Numbered from the stretch's first letter, positions 1 to 8,783 are shown. The stretch: 32,000 nt of DNA from Candidatus Saccharimonadota bacterium (GCF_023585745.1 NZ_CP097762.1:390001-422000), one strand, 5' to 3'. The notes: generated from the letters alone by a model not told the origin. Program-made: numbers and translations.

Positions 1-59
1 AATTCTCTGTAGAAGCGCAAAAATTACTAGCTATTACTTTAGAACACAGTGTTGGTTAG
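1..59 (+). CDS. sufB: Fe-S cluster assembly scaffold SufB, 3' end only (partial at window start)
   Basis: Frame 3 reads FSVEAQKLLAITLEHSVG followed by TAG at 57-59. This matches the conserved SufB C-terminus as I recall it. It lies directly upstream of sufC, as in sufABCDSE. Confidence 0.85.
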   Translation, partial: FSVEAQKLLAITLEHSVG

Positions 60-102
60 TAAGTTTACTCTATGTTTATATATAATAATAAAGGATAATT
101 TA

Positions 103-843
103 ATGTTATTAATAAAAAATTTGGATGTTACAATTAACAACACTTCCATCTTAAAACAATTAAACTTAAAAATTAATTCCGGAGAAATACATATAATTAT
201 GGGACCAAACGGATCTGGAAAAAGCACATTATCCTCTGCTATATCTGGACATAAAGATTGTATTATCACTCATGGTGAAATTTTATTTAAAAACAAAAAC
301 TTATTAACATTAAAACCAGAAGAGAGAGCTGGAGAAGGAATTTTTATTGCATTTCAACATCCAGTAGATATACCAGGAATCAGTAACCAGTTATTTCTAT
401 ATACCGCAGTAAATGCTGTACGTGAATATCGTAAACAACCTCCTATAGACCGATTTGATTTTATTAAAATGGTTCAAAAAAAAATGACACTATTAAAAAT
501 GCCCTTTGATTTTTTAAACAGATCAATAAACGTCGGATTTTCCGGTGGTGAAAAAAAACGTAATGATATTCTGCAAATGATGTTATTAGAACCATTACTA
601 TGTGTTTTAGATGAAACTGACTCCGGATTAGATATAGATGCAATAAAAATTGTTTATGACAATCTAAAAACACTAAAAAATAAAACACGTTCATTTATTA
701 TTATTACACATTACCAAAGAATACTAGAATACATTCAGCCAGACTATGTTCACATATTATATAATGGACAAATAGTAAGATCTGGTGGAATTTCTTTAGC
801 AAAAAAACTTGAGGAAAAAGGCTATGGTTGGTTGTCCAAATAA
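103..843 (+). CDS. sufC: Fe-S cluster assembly ATPase SufC
   Basis: Walker A GPNGSGKST, signature FSGGEKKR and Walker B LCVLDETDSGLD are present. The protein is colinear with E. coli SufC over its full length. The start was trimmed from track position 49 to the ATG at 103 (MLLIKNLDV...), which has AAGGA 8 nt upstream. Confidence 0.95.
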   Translation: MLLIKNLDVTINNTSILKQLNLKINSGEIHIIMGPNGSGKSTLSSAISGHKDCIITHGEILFKNKNLLTLKPEERAGEGIFIAFQHPVDIPGISNQLFLYTAVNAVREYRKQPPIDRFDFIKMVQKKMTLLKMPFDFLNRSINVGFSGGEKKRNDILQMMLLEPLLCVLDETDSGLDIDAIKIVYDNLKTLKNKTRSFIIITHYQRILEYIQPDYVHILYNGQIVRSGGISLAKKLEEKGYGWLSK

Positions 844-2134
844 TGAAGACAGAGTATTAAATGAATGGTTTAAACTATTTAAACAAAAAAATCATACATA
901 TTCGGATATAGCACATAAATATTGGAACTATATCAAAACATCAAAGTTAAACACTCTTAATAATAAAAATTGGAAAACTAATATATTTAATGAATTACTT
1001 ACATATAATTTGGAATTTTCTAAAAATGAAAAAATAGACATAGCCCAATACAAAAAATTAAGTCTACCCATAGACGCTTATAAATTAGTGTTTATCAATG
1101 GAAAATTTTCATATGAACTAAGTAATAAAAATATTAAACCATGGATAATAAAAATAAATCATAATCCTAATCGCTATGAAGTCCATACTGCTATAAAACC
1201 AAATACCTTTCTATATTTAACACAATGCTTAAGTGATGCGACAATACATATAAATTTGCCCCCAAATAATGCTACAACAAAACCATTATATTTAATATAT
1301 ATTACTGAAGGATCTAATATAAAAAATCAACTTATAACATCACATTATAACCACTATATAGAAATAGATAATAACTCCAAAACACATATTATAGAACATT
1401 TTGTCAATACTAATTCAAATAGTCATTTTAGTGGCTCATACATATCTATGGTAGTTAAAAATAATGCTACATTAAATCATATCAAATTAATATTCGAGAA
1501 TCGTGCAAGCTATCATATATCTCATAACGATATAAATATCGGAAAAAATTCCCAAGTAAAAAGTAACACTTTCGTAATTCTTGGTCCTAAACTCACCTAT
1601 AATAATACTTATGTAAAACTTAATTATCCACACACCTCTGTATCACTGAATAACTTATTTTTCTTATCAAAAAAAGACATTGGCACTATAAACTCATATA
1701 TTGAACATAATAATCAAGGGTATTCTTTAAGTAGACAATTACATAAAATAATAGCCTGTGAAAAAAGCACCGGCATATTTAATGGATTAATAAAAGTACA
1801 ACCAAATTCCACTCAAACTGATGGAAAAATGACCAATAACAATTTATTACTTAATAATAATGCTACCATTAACAGCACACCTAAACTTGAAATTTATTCT
1901 GATAATGTAAAATGTAGTCATGGAGCAACAATAGGTCAAATTAATAACGACCATTTATTCTATTTAAGAACAAGAGGTATATCACAGAAAAATGCATTAA
2001 AAATGCTTATTTATGCATTTTCTGTTGAAGTCATAGAATTAATTAAAGATGATATGCTAAAAAGCATCATTATATCAAAAATAAATACAGCTTTAAAGGA
2101 ATGTACATATGACTACTACAATATATCCCATTAA
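824..2134 (+). CDS. sufD: Fe-S cluster assembly protein SufD
   Basis: The C-terminal motif KLEIYSDNVKCSHGATIGQI..FYLRTRGIS is typical of SufD. The N-terminus MVGCPNNEDRVLNEWFKLF parallels E. coli MAGLPNSSNALQQWHHLF, so I prefer the ATG at 824 over the TTG at 809. It overlaps the sufC stop by 20 nt. Confidence 0.9.
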   Translation: MVGCPNNEDRVLNEWFKLFKQKNHTYSDIAHKYWNYIKTSKLNTLNNKNWKTNIFNELLTYNLEFSKNEKIDIAQYKKLSLPIDAYKLVFINGKFSYELSNKNIKPWIIKINHNPNRYEVHTAIKPNTFLYLTQCLSDATIHINLPPNNATTKPLYLIYITEGSNIKNQLITSHYNHYIEIDNNSKTHIIEHFVNTNSNSHFSGSYISMVVKNNATLNHIKLIFENRASYHISHNDINIGKNSQVKSNTFVILGPKLTYNNTYVKLNYPHTSVSLNNLFFLSKKDIGTINSYIEHNNQGYSLSRQLHKIIACEKSTGIFNGLIKVQPNSTQTDGKMTNNNLLLNNNATINSTPKLEIYSDNVKCSHGATIGQINNDHLFYLRTRGISQKNALKMLIYAFSVEVIELIKDDMLKSIIISKINTALKECTYDYYNISH

Positions 2135-3341
2135 AAAAATTAGATCCGATTTTCCAATATTAAAAAAAATGATAAATCAGTACCCTTTAACTTATCTTGA
2201 TAACGCTGCTACCACTCAAAAACCCAATGTAGTTATAGATGCACAAACCAATTATTATTATAATAATAATGCCTCTGTACATAGAGGAGTACATACATTA
2301 AGTACTGTATCAACTAATCAAATGGAAAAAATTAGATTACACATTGCTAACTTTATTCATGCATCGCCAGAAGAGATAGTATTTGTTAAAAGCACTACTG
2401 AAGCGATTAACTTAGTTGCCTGTAGTTGGGGATATAATTTTATAAATTATAAAGATAATATTATTATTAGTGAAATGGAACATCATTCCAATATTCTTCC
2501 TTGGCAACAACTTTCAAAAAGAAAAAATATTTTATTACGTTATATTCCGATAGCTCCAAATGGGACATTAGATCTATCTAATTTATCAAAATTAGTAGAC
2601 CACAATACTAAATTATTAGCAATATCACACATGTCTAATGTATTAGGAACAATAAACCCTTTAAAAGAAATAATCAGCATAATAAGAAAAAAAAGTAATG
2701 CCTTAATATTAATAGATGGCGCACAAGGTATTGCGCACCAAACAGTAAATGTAAAAAAATTAGATTGTGATTTTTATATATTTTCTGGACACAAAATATA
2801 TGGGCCACCTGGAATTGGTATAATGTATGGAAAAAAAGAATTACTACAAAAAATGCCCCCATGGATTTTAGGAGGCGGTATAGTACAAGATGTTAGTTTA
2901 AAAAAAGAAGCAAAATTTATAGATGCCCCATGGAAATTTGAATCTGGATCTCCTAATATTATCGGCATCATAGGCCTAGGAGCATCTATTCAATATATTA
3001 ATGATATTGGTATTAAAAATATTAATAACTATGAACTTGAATTAACACACTATGCTATAGATAAATTAAAAAAAGTTCCAAATATAATTTTATACGGATT
3101 AAATACACAACAGACTAGCATTATTCCTTTCAACTTAAAAGGAAAAAACCCATATGACATCGGGATATTATTAAATCAATACAATATAGCAATACGCACT
3201 GGACATCATTGTGCAATACCCACAATGAATTATTTTAAAGTCTCAAGTATGTGTCGAGTATCACTTGCCATGTATACAAATAAAGATGACATAAATCACC
3301 TAACACAAAAATTAATAAAAATACAAAATATATTATTTTAA
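2109..3341 (+). CDS. sufS: cysteine desulfurase SufS (PLP-dependent)
   Basis: The PLP lysine motif FSGHKIYGP and the catalytic cysteine motif RTGHHCAIP are present. It is 410 aa versus about 406 aa in E. coli. It overlaps the sufD end by 26 nt. Confidence 0.95.
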   Translation: MTTTIYPIKKIRSDFPILKKMINQYPLTYLDNAATTQKPNVVIDAQTNYYYNNNASVHRGVHTLSTVSTNQMEKIRLHIANFIHASPEEIVFVKSTTEAINLVACSWGYNFINYKDNIIISEMEHHSNILPWQQLSKRKNILLRYIPIAPNGTLDLSNLSKLVDHNTKLLAISHMSNVLGTINPLKEIISIIRKKSNALILIDGAQGIAHQTVNVKKLDCDFYIFSGHKIYGPPGIGIMYGKKELLQKMPPWILGGGIVQDVSLKKEAKFIDAPWKFESGSPNIIGIIGLGASIQYINDIGIKNINNYELELTHYAIDKLKKVPNIILYGLNTQQTSIIPFNLKGKNPYDIGILLNQYNIAIRTGHHCAIPTMNYFKVSSMCRVSLAMYTNKDDINHLTQKLIKIQNILF

Positions 3342-3362
3342 TTTTGTAACCAAAAATATAAA

Positions 3363-3866
3363 ATGCAATATTTTCCAACAAAAGCTCAACTAATAAAAAA
3401 TTTTTCAATTTGTAATAATTGGGAAGAAAAATATATTTATATAATGGAATTAGGCAGATTATTACCTAAATTTCCCAATAATTTAAAACAACAAAAATAC
3501 CAAATATCTGGATGTCAAAATAAAACTTGGATAGCTTTAATTCTTACTAAACAAAATAACCGTATTCAAGATACTGCTATTCAAAATACACCATCAATAA
3601 AATTGTATGGAGATAGTGATTCTGCTATTGTCAAAGGAATTATTGCTATAATATTTAATCTATATAAAGGACGAAATTTAGAAGAAATTATTCACGTTGA
3701 TGTTACAACATTTTTAATTAACCAATTACAACTAAAGCAAAATCTAACTATATCCAGATCGCAAGGAATATTTTTAATACTACGTTCTATACATTCTCAA
3801 GCTGATGAGTTACTACATCAAAAAATCTATTCTTCAAATATTAAAGCTATACTGAAAATTATTTAA
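3363..3866 (+). CDS. sufE: sulfur acceptor SufE (with internal insertion and C-terminal extension)
   Basis: NWEEKYIYIMELG, the active-site ISGCQNKTW, GDSDSAIVKG and ISRSQG are colinear with E. coli SufE. It is 167 aa versus 138 aa. Confidence 0.9.
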   Translation: MQYFPTKAQLIKNFSICNNWEEKYIYIMELGRLLPKFPNNLKQQKYQISGCQNKTWIALILTKQNNRIQDTAIQNTPSIKLYGDSDSAIVKGIIAIIFNLYKGRNLEEIIHVDVTTFLINQLQLKQNLTISRSQGIFLILRSIHSQADELLHQKIYSSNIKAILKII

Positions 3867-4090
3867 ACACTAAATTTTGTTACATACCACATACGCACCT
3901 ATACATTATTGACAATCCCAACAATTCTCCAATTTTTTATATAAATAAAAAATTTTTGATATTTTAATGAAAATTATCTGTATATTATAAATATATATAA
4001 AAAATAACTAATAAAAACAACACACAATACAATATTTTCCGCATTAATATTATAATTAAATACTTATAATAAAAAATTATTTGATTATTT

Positions 4091-4299
4091 CTAAATCATT
4101 ATTAGCCAATCTGCTGTATGTTTAGTATTTTCTAATTCCAGACGTATAATTTTATCTACATTATTACTAACCTTCCAACTGTTTCATTTAAATCATGAAT
4201 TTCATCAGATATTACTTTAAATGGAACATGACTCACACAATTTAGAAATGTAAAATCACTTAAAATTATTGAAATACACACCAGAATATTATTCTGCAT
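4091..4299 (-). pseudogene. lpp: decayed Braun lipoprotein (lpp)-like gene, 47-aa ORF plus frameshifted continuation
   Basis: On the minus strand, the ATG at 4299 (AAGG 8 nt upstream) reads MQNNILVCISIILSDFTFLNCVSHVPFKVISDEIHDLNETVGRLVIM*. A 1-nt frame change near 4172-4176 continues it as KVSNNVDKIIRLELENTKHTADWLIMI*. An ungapped alignment to E. coli Lpp places Met1, Cys21 and L37-N38..V41..S45-N46-x-V48 at identical positions, about 15/69 identities. The position and strand match lpp next to sufE in E. coli. Confidence 0.45.
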
Positions 4300-4562
4300 A
4301 TAATATACCTTACGCTATAAAATTACAAAAAAATTTCTTCCAAAAAATTACCATTCTATACATTACCCTAACATGCAGTATTTATATATTGTGATATTAT
4401 CTTTCAAATAACTTCTAAAAATTATATCTAATATTTCCTAATATCATTTTATAGAGTAATTATGTTAATTTTACATTGTATTTCATAATAATAAAAATTA
4501 TCAACTAAAATATTAAAATTATCTATTTACCCATTTTGCACAAAAAATAATGAAATTATACA

Positions 4563-4595
4563 AGATATTTGTTATGTTAAACATAACAAATATCT
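4563..4595 (-). terminator. 15-bp perfect stem-loop abutting the tRNA-Val 3' end (terminator/processing hairpin)
   Basis: agatatttgttatgt (4563-4577), taa, acataacaaatatct (4581-4595) are exact reverse complements. On the minus strand the hairpin starts 1 nt after the tRNA discriminator base and is followed by T-rich sequence including a T6 run. Confidence 0.5.
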
Positions 4596-4596
4596 A

Positions 4597-4669
4597 TGCG
4601 TTCTAATGGATTTGAACCATCGCCCTCTACCATGTCATAGTAGCGCTCTACCATCTGAGCTAAGAACGC
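4597..4669 (-). tRNA. tRNA-Val (anticodon GAC), CCA not encoded
   Basis: The reverse complement GCGTTCTTAGCTCAGATGGTAGAGCGCTACTATGACATGGTAGAGGGCGATGGTTCAAATCCATTAGAACGCA folds as a 73-nt cloverleaf. Acceptor GCGTTCT/AGAACGC, D stem GCTC/GAGC, anticodon stem CTACT/GGTAG, loop AUGACAU, T stem GATGG/CCATT and T loop TTCAAAT. It resembles E. coli valV/valW, which map near ribC. Confidence 0.93.
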
Positions 4670-4933
4670 ATATATAATATATAATAATGTATTTTAATAC
4701 AAAAATATATAACTTACATAAATCAAAAAATACATTTAAATATGTACACTATTATCATACATAACAATATGTTACAAATACAATTATAATATATGTACAA
4801 AAACTTTTAAATAATATAAGATACCTATCTTCCAATTTAAATGTTTAACAAGTATTACTCAATATAATATATTATATGTTATACTACTTTATAAATAAAG
4901 TATCATGTTATTTATTAATAATATTTAGAACAT

Positions 4934-5543
4934 ATGTTTTCAGGTATTATACAAGCTGTTGTCCCCGTGCACGCTATTCACGAAAAAAACAATCTAAAAC
5001 AATTCTCAATTATTTTACCTAATTATTTACTTACCAACTTAAAAATTGGTTCTTCTATATCAAACAATGGATGTTGTTTAACAGTAATTTCCATTAAATC
5101 AAATTTAATTAGCTTTGAATTAATATACGAAACACTAAAATTAACTAATATGAATTTGTTAAGAATAGGAGATCTCATTAATATAGAAAGATCACTAAAT
5201 TACAATGCTGAAATTGGAGGACATTTGATGTCTGGGCACATTGATTGCACAGGAACAATTAAAAAAATAATCCAATCAACACACCAAAAAATATTTTGGT
5301 TTAATTTAAAAAACCAAACTTTTCAAAAGTATATTTTACCACATGGCTCAATAGGTATTGAGGGAGTTAGTCTTACAATAAATAAAATAATAAAAAATAA
5401 TATACGTATTTGCTTAACACCATATACTGCAATAAACACAACACTTGGAAAAAAAAATAGGTGATATAATAAATATTGAGATTGATATAATAACAAAATC
5501 TATTGTTAATAGCATTAACAGAACACTATCGATAATTGATTAA
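4934..5543 (+). CDS. ribE: riboflavin synthase (alpha chain), reading frame broken in an A9 tract at 5449-5457
   Basis: The 176-aa ORF (4934-5464) matches the first ~180 aa of E. coli riboflavin synthase (MFSGII.., NGCCLTV, EIGGHLMSGH, TTLGKK). The missing C-terminus IGDIINIEIDIITKSIVNSINRTLSIID* is present in the +1 frame at 5457-5543 (E. coli has LGARVNIEIDPQTQ..). Confidence 0.85.
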
Positions 5544-5678
5544 AAAAACAAAACCCGAACTATTAATTTTTTTAGATGAAAATATAGAAAATCTTCTAAA
5601 CTACACGCACAATAAAAACCTATTTAACCCGTTTATGCTAATAAACTATTAATAAAAAAATTAGCTATTATGATAAAT

Positions 5679-5996
5679 ATGAAAGATACAATAAAAAAAA
5701 TTGAAGATCAAATAAAAAAACACCCAGTAACTTTATACATGAAAGGTACGCCGGAGACTCCTAAATGCGGATTTTCTGCAAAAGCTGCTCAAATACTATC
5801 TATTTATACAAAAAATTTTTTTTATATAGATGTATTATCATATCCAGACATTAGGTCTACTTTACCAATTTTTTCCAATTGGCCTACTTTCCCGCAGCTG
5901 TGGATAAAAGAAAAATTAATAGGAGGCGTAGATATAATGCTGGAATTACACAATTCAGGAAAATTAAAAATCCTTATTAATTCAGCAACATTATAA
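5679..5996 (+). CDS. grxD: monothiol glutaredoxin Grx4
   Basis: The CGFS active site (PKCGFSA) and WPTFPQLW..GG.D are present. Starting at the ATG at 5679 gives the same N-terminal length as E. coli GrxD. An alternative ATG lies at 5670. Confidence 0.9.
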   Translation: MKDTIKKIEDQIKKHPVTLYMKGTPETPKCGFSAKAAQILSIYTKNFFYIDVLSYPDIRSTLPIFSNWPTFPQLWIKEKLIGGVDIMLELHNSGKLKILINSATL

Positions 5997-6101
5997 CATA
6001 CTACACAGTAACTTACTACAACATATATATTATGTGTAATCCACATCTTATTTAAAAAATTCACACGTATGTTATTACATAATCTACAATTGATACTGGA
6101 A

Positions 6102-6764
6102 TTAAGATACGATAATGTTGTGATGCTCTGATACTGGCCATCCACCAAGCCTTTTCCACTTATTAACTAATGCACAAAATAATACCGCTGTTCTTTCAGT
6201 GTCATATAAAGCAGAATGAGCCTTGCTTTTATCAAAAAATATACCTGCATAAGCACATGCTTTAGCTAATACTGTCTGACCAAAAACTAATCCACTTAAA
6301 GTAGCAGTATCAAAAGTAACAAAAGGATGAAATGGATTATTTTTCATAAAACTAACACGATCTACCGCTGCCATTAAAAAACTATGATCAAAAGAAGCAT
6401 TATGCGCTACGATAATAGCACGACTACATTCTTGAGCATCAAGACCTTGATGTACCATATTAAAAATTTTCCTTAATGCCTCTTTTTCAGTAACCGCAGA
6501 ACGCTTTGGGTCATTAGGATCAATTCTGTTAAACGCTAAAGACTCCGGTTGAATAATAGCTCCTGGAAAAGATTTAATATTAAAATGCAAAGAACTATCA
6601 ACAGATAACCAACCAAAATCATCCATTTTTACTGTAATAATAGCAATTTCTAACAAAGCATCAGTTTTAGCATTCAAACCGGCTGTTTCTACATCAATTA
6701 CTACCGGATAAAAACCACGAAACCGAGCCTTCAAAGTATTTTGATTAACTTTACAATAAATCAT
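6102..6764 (-). CDS. rnt: ribonuclease T (DEDDh 3'-5' exoribonuclease)
   Basis: [26 protein letters not shown] and [15 protein letters not shown] are present. It is 220 aa versus 215 aa in E. coli. Confidence 0.95.
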   Translation of the reverse strand: MIYCKVNQNTLKARFRGFYPVVIDVETAGLNAKTDALLEIAIITVKMDDFGWLSVDSSLHFNIKSFPGAIIQPESLAFNRIDPNDPKRSAVTEKEALRKIFNMVHQGLDAQECSRAIIVAHNASFDHSFLMAAVDRVSFMKNNPFHPFVTFDTATLSGLVFGQTVLAKACAYAGIFFDKSKAHSALYDTERTAVLFCALVNKWKRLGGWPVSEHHNIIVS

Positions 6765-7203
6765 ATTTTTTATAAAATTATTTTATATCTTAACTAACAT
6801 CATAAAATTCTAACACGTTTATACTGTTATCCTATATTATAAATATAATTAACTAATTATACTAAAACAAATAATAATCTTTATTTAAAAATAAAAAATC
6901 TAAATAACACAATAATATTTACTAAATAAAACTATAACGTAATCATTAATTAATATTTGTATAAAATAAATTACTTATAAAATTAAACAAAAAATTAATT
7001 TAATTAAAAATTAACTAAAGAATCAATTAGAATCAATAATTATTATTGTACAATATATCTAACAATAAAAACGCCTAATTTATAAAATAATTGAAATATT
7101 AATTAATAATAAAATATTTTTTCTATAAACACTAAATACACACGCTTTAAAAAACTCAAATTTCATGTAAATTAAGAAAATGACAGTGATAAAAAATTTA
7201 TCA

Positions 7204-7232
7204 TTAGATAAATCTAAATTAAATTTAGATTT
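7204..7232. promoter_or_regulatory. overlapping TTAGAT/ATCTAA palindromes, candidate MarR/SlyA-type operator
   Basis: TTAGATaaATCTAA (7204-7217) is a perfect 14-bp palindrome. aaatctaaatt-a-aatttagattt (7210-7232) is a perfect 11-1-11 palindrome. The site lies about 220 bp upstream of slyA. The TTAG...CTAA half-sites resemble the reported SlyA consensus TTAGCAAGCTAA but with longer spacing. Confidence 0.25.
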
Positions 7233-7451
7233 AATAATTTATATACATATAATAAATATGTGTTTTAATTTAATAAATTAAAGTATATAATTATACATAT
7301 AATAATACTATATATTTACTATTTAATAGCTATAAATCTTTATAAAAAGATACATAAAAAATTTAAAATAAAATATTTTTTATAAAAACGCTTTCAAAAA
7401 CATATCTTCAAAAGAAGATAATTATTTATTAAAATATATAAGGAAAAACAA

Positions 7452-7886
7452 TTGGAATCGCCTTTAGGTACTGATTTAGCGCGCCTTGTAAGGATGTGGA
7501 GAACTTTGATAGATCATCGTTTAAAACCATTAAAACTTACGCAAACACATTGGGTTACACTACATAATATTTACCAATTACCTCCGGAACAATCTCAAAT
7601 TCAACTTGCAAAAGCTATAGGAATAGAACAACCGTCTTTAGTAAGAACATTAGATCAGCTTGAAGAAAAATCGTTAATAGTTAGACATATCTGTGTTAAC
7701 GATAGACGAGCCAAAAGAATAAGATTAACTGAAACAGCTAAACCTGTAATACACGCAGTAAACCAAGTTATACTTGCTACAAAAAACGAAATTTTTCACA
7801 ACTTCAGCTATGAAGAAATAACACTACTAAATAACATACTTTCTAAGTTAGAAAAAAACATCATAAATATTTACAATAAAAAATAA
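7452..7886 (+). CDS. slyA: MarR-family transcriptional regulator SlyA (TTG start)
   Basis: (M)[72 protein letters not shown] is near-identical to enterobacterial SlyA as I recall it. It is 144 aa. The only in-frame start that gives the full N-terminus is the TTG at 7452. Confidence 0.93.
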   Translation: MESPLGTDLARLVRMWRTLIDHRLKPLKLTQTHWVTLHNIYQLPPEQSQIQLAKAIGIEQPSLVRTLDQLEEKSLIVRHICVNDRRAKRIRLTETAKPVIHAVNQVILATKNEIFHNFSYEEITLLNNILSKLEKNIINIYNKK

Positions 7887-8132
7887 AAAAAATTGATAAA
7901 TATCATCGCAATAATATCCAATAAAAATATATAAACATATTAATTAAATTAAACACAACTATACTAATGAAATATTTTATCCAATAATAATCATTGCTAT
8001 TTATAAGTTATAAATAAATTTATTTTTATTGAATATACTTATTAAATTTTAAATATAAATTTTGTTTAAAGATTTATAAAAAATATTTTAATGCTGATTA
8101 ATATATAATTATTAATACTAATATACTGGTTA

Positions 8133-8783
8133 ATGATGAAAAAAATCGATATTTCTAATATTAGACGAGAATATACTCTAGGAGCAATAAACTACTCAGA
8201 TTTACCTGATAAACCTATAAAATTATTCTCAGCATGGTTAAAACAGGCATTTTCTTCTAAAATACCCGACCCAACTGCAATGTGCTTAGCTACAGTAGAT
8301 TATACTGGACAACCTTATCAACGTATAGTACTACTAAAAGACTTTTCTGAAACAACAATGACATTCTATACTAATCTTAATAGTCGTAAAGCTTTCCATT
8401 TAAATCATAATCCAAAAGTTAGTCTATGTTTTCCTTGGAATGTAATAGATAAACAAGTTACAGTAATTGGCGAAATTTCTAAACTAGCAGAAAATATAGT
8501 CTTAAAAAATTTTTACGCACGACCTAAAAATAATCAAATTAGCACATGGGTTTCTAAAAACCAATCCTCAACTATATCATTTACAACATTACTTGAAAAA
8601 AAATTTTTAGAATTAAAACAAAAATACTTATTCAAAGAAATACCATTTCCCAAATTCTGGGGTGGATATACAGTTCACATACATAGCATAGAATTTTGGC
8701 ATGGAAGAATATATAGACTACACGATAGATTTATATATAAAAAAAGCAACCACACATGGTGCATCTATAGATTGTCTCCATAA
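8133..8783 (+). CDS. pdxH: pyridoxamine/pyridoxine 5'-phosphate oxidase
   Basis: IRREYT, DPTAM.LATVD..GQPYQRIVLLK, FYTN..SRKA, EFWHGR..RLHDRF are present. It is 216 aa versus 218 aa. It lies upstream of tyrS, as in E. coli. Confidence 0.93.
   Translation: MMKKIDISNIRREYTLGAINYSDLPDKPIKLFSAWLKQAFSSKIPDPTAMCLATVDYTGQPYQRIVLLKDFSETTMTFYTNLNSRKAFHLNHNPKVSLCFPWNVIDKQVTVIGEISKLAENIVLKNFYARPKNNQISTWVSKNQSSTISFTTLLEKKFLELKQKYLFKEIPFPKFWGGYTVHIHSIEFWHGRIYRLHDRFIYKKSNHTWCIYRLSP

Noticed and set aside
49-102. N-terminal extensions in the ORF track for sufC (49), sufD (809), nth (to 10942), ubiX (to 15311), rpsA (to 21604), serS (to 26699) and grxD (5670).
   Set aside because: The extra residues have no counterpart in the E. 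coli orthologs, and several begin at TTG. Internal ATG codons give N-termini matching the orthologs in length and sequence.
39-269. Short ORFs antisense to or overlapping clear genes. These are 39-269, 464-694, 2674-2862, 2774-2971, 5822-6148, 9806-10006, 14087-14317, 14515-14697, 20340-20639, 25430-25738, 28778-29026, 29512-29712, 31121-31306, 31337-31693 and 31747-31974.
   Set aside because: Each lies inside, on the opposite strand or in another frame, a gene with unambiguous full-length homology (sufC, sufS, grxD/rnt, tyrS, the 668-aa ORF, rpsA, serS, ftsK, trxB). Their translations are low-complexity with no recognisable motifs. They are typical shadow ORFs of AT-rich DNA.
4670-4710. A possible sigma70 promoter for tRNA-Val on the minus strand (TTGTAT - 17 nt - TATTAT, ending 4 nt before the mature 5' end).
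   Set aside because: Hexamers resembling -10 and -35 elements occur every few bases at this AT content. The spacing to the mature 5' end is too short to be informative. It cannot be supported from sequence alone.
7180-7284. A 34-aa ORF (MTVIKNLSLDKSKLNLDLIIYIHIINMCFNLIN) covering the TTAGAT palindromes upstream of slyA.
   Set aside because: It has no convincing SD, no homology I can recognise, and a composition typical of translated AT-rich spacer. The repeated LD/KS pattern is just the palindrome read in frame.
7242-7305. A 14-nt direct repeat tatacatataataa at 7242-7255 and 7292-7305 in the rnt-slyA spacer.
   Set aside because: It is low-complexity TA-rich sequence. One exact 14-mer recurrence within 50 bp is weak evidence and has no obvious functional reading.
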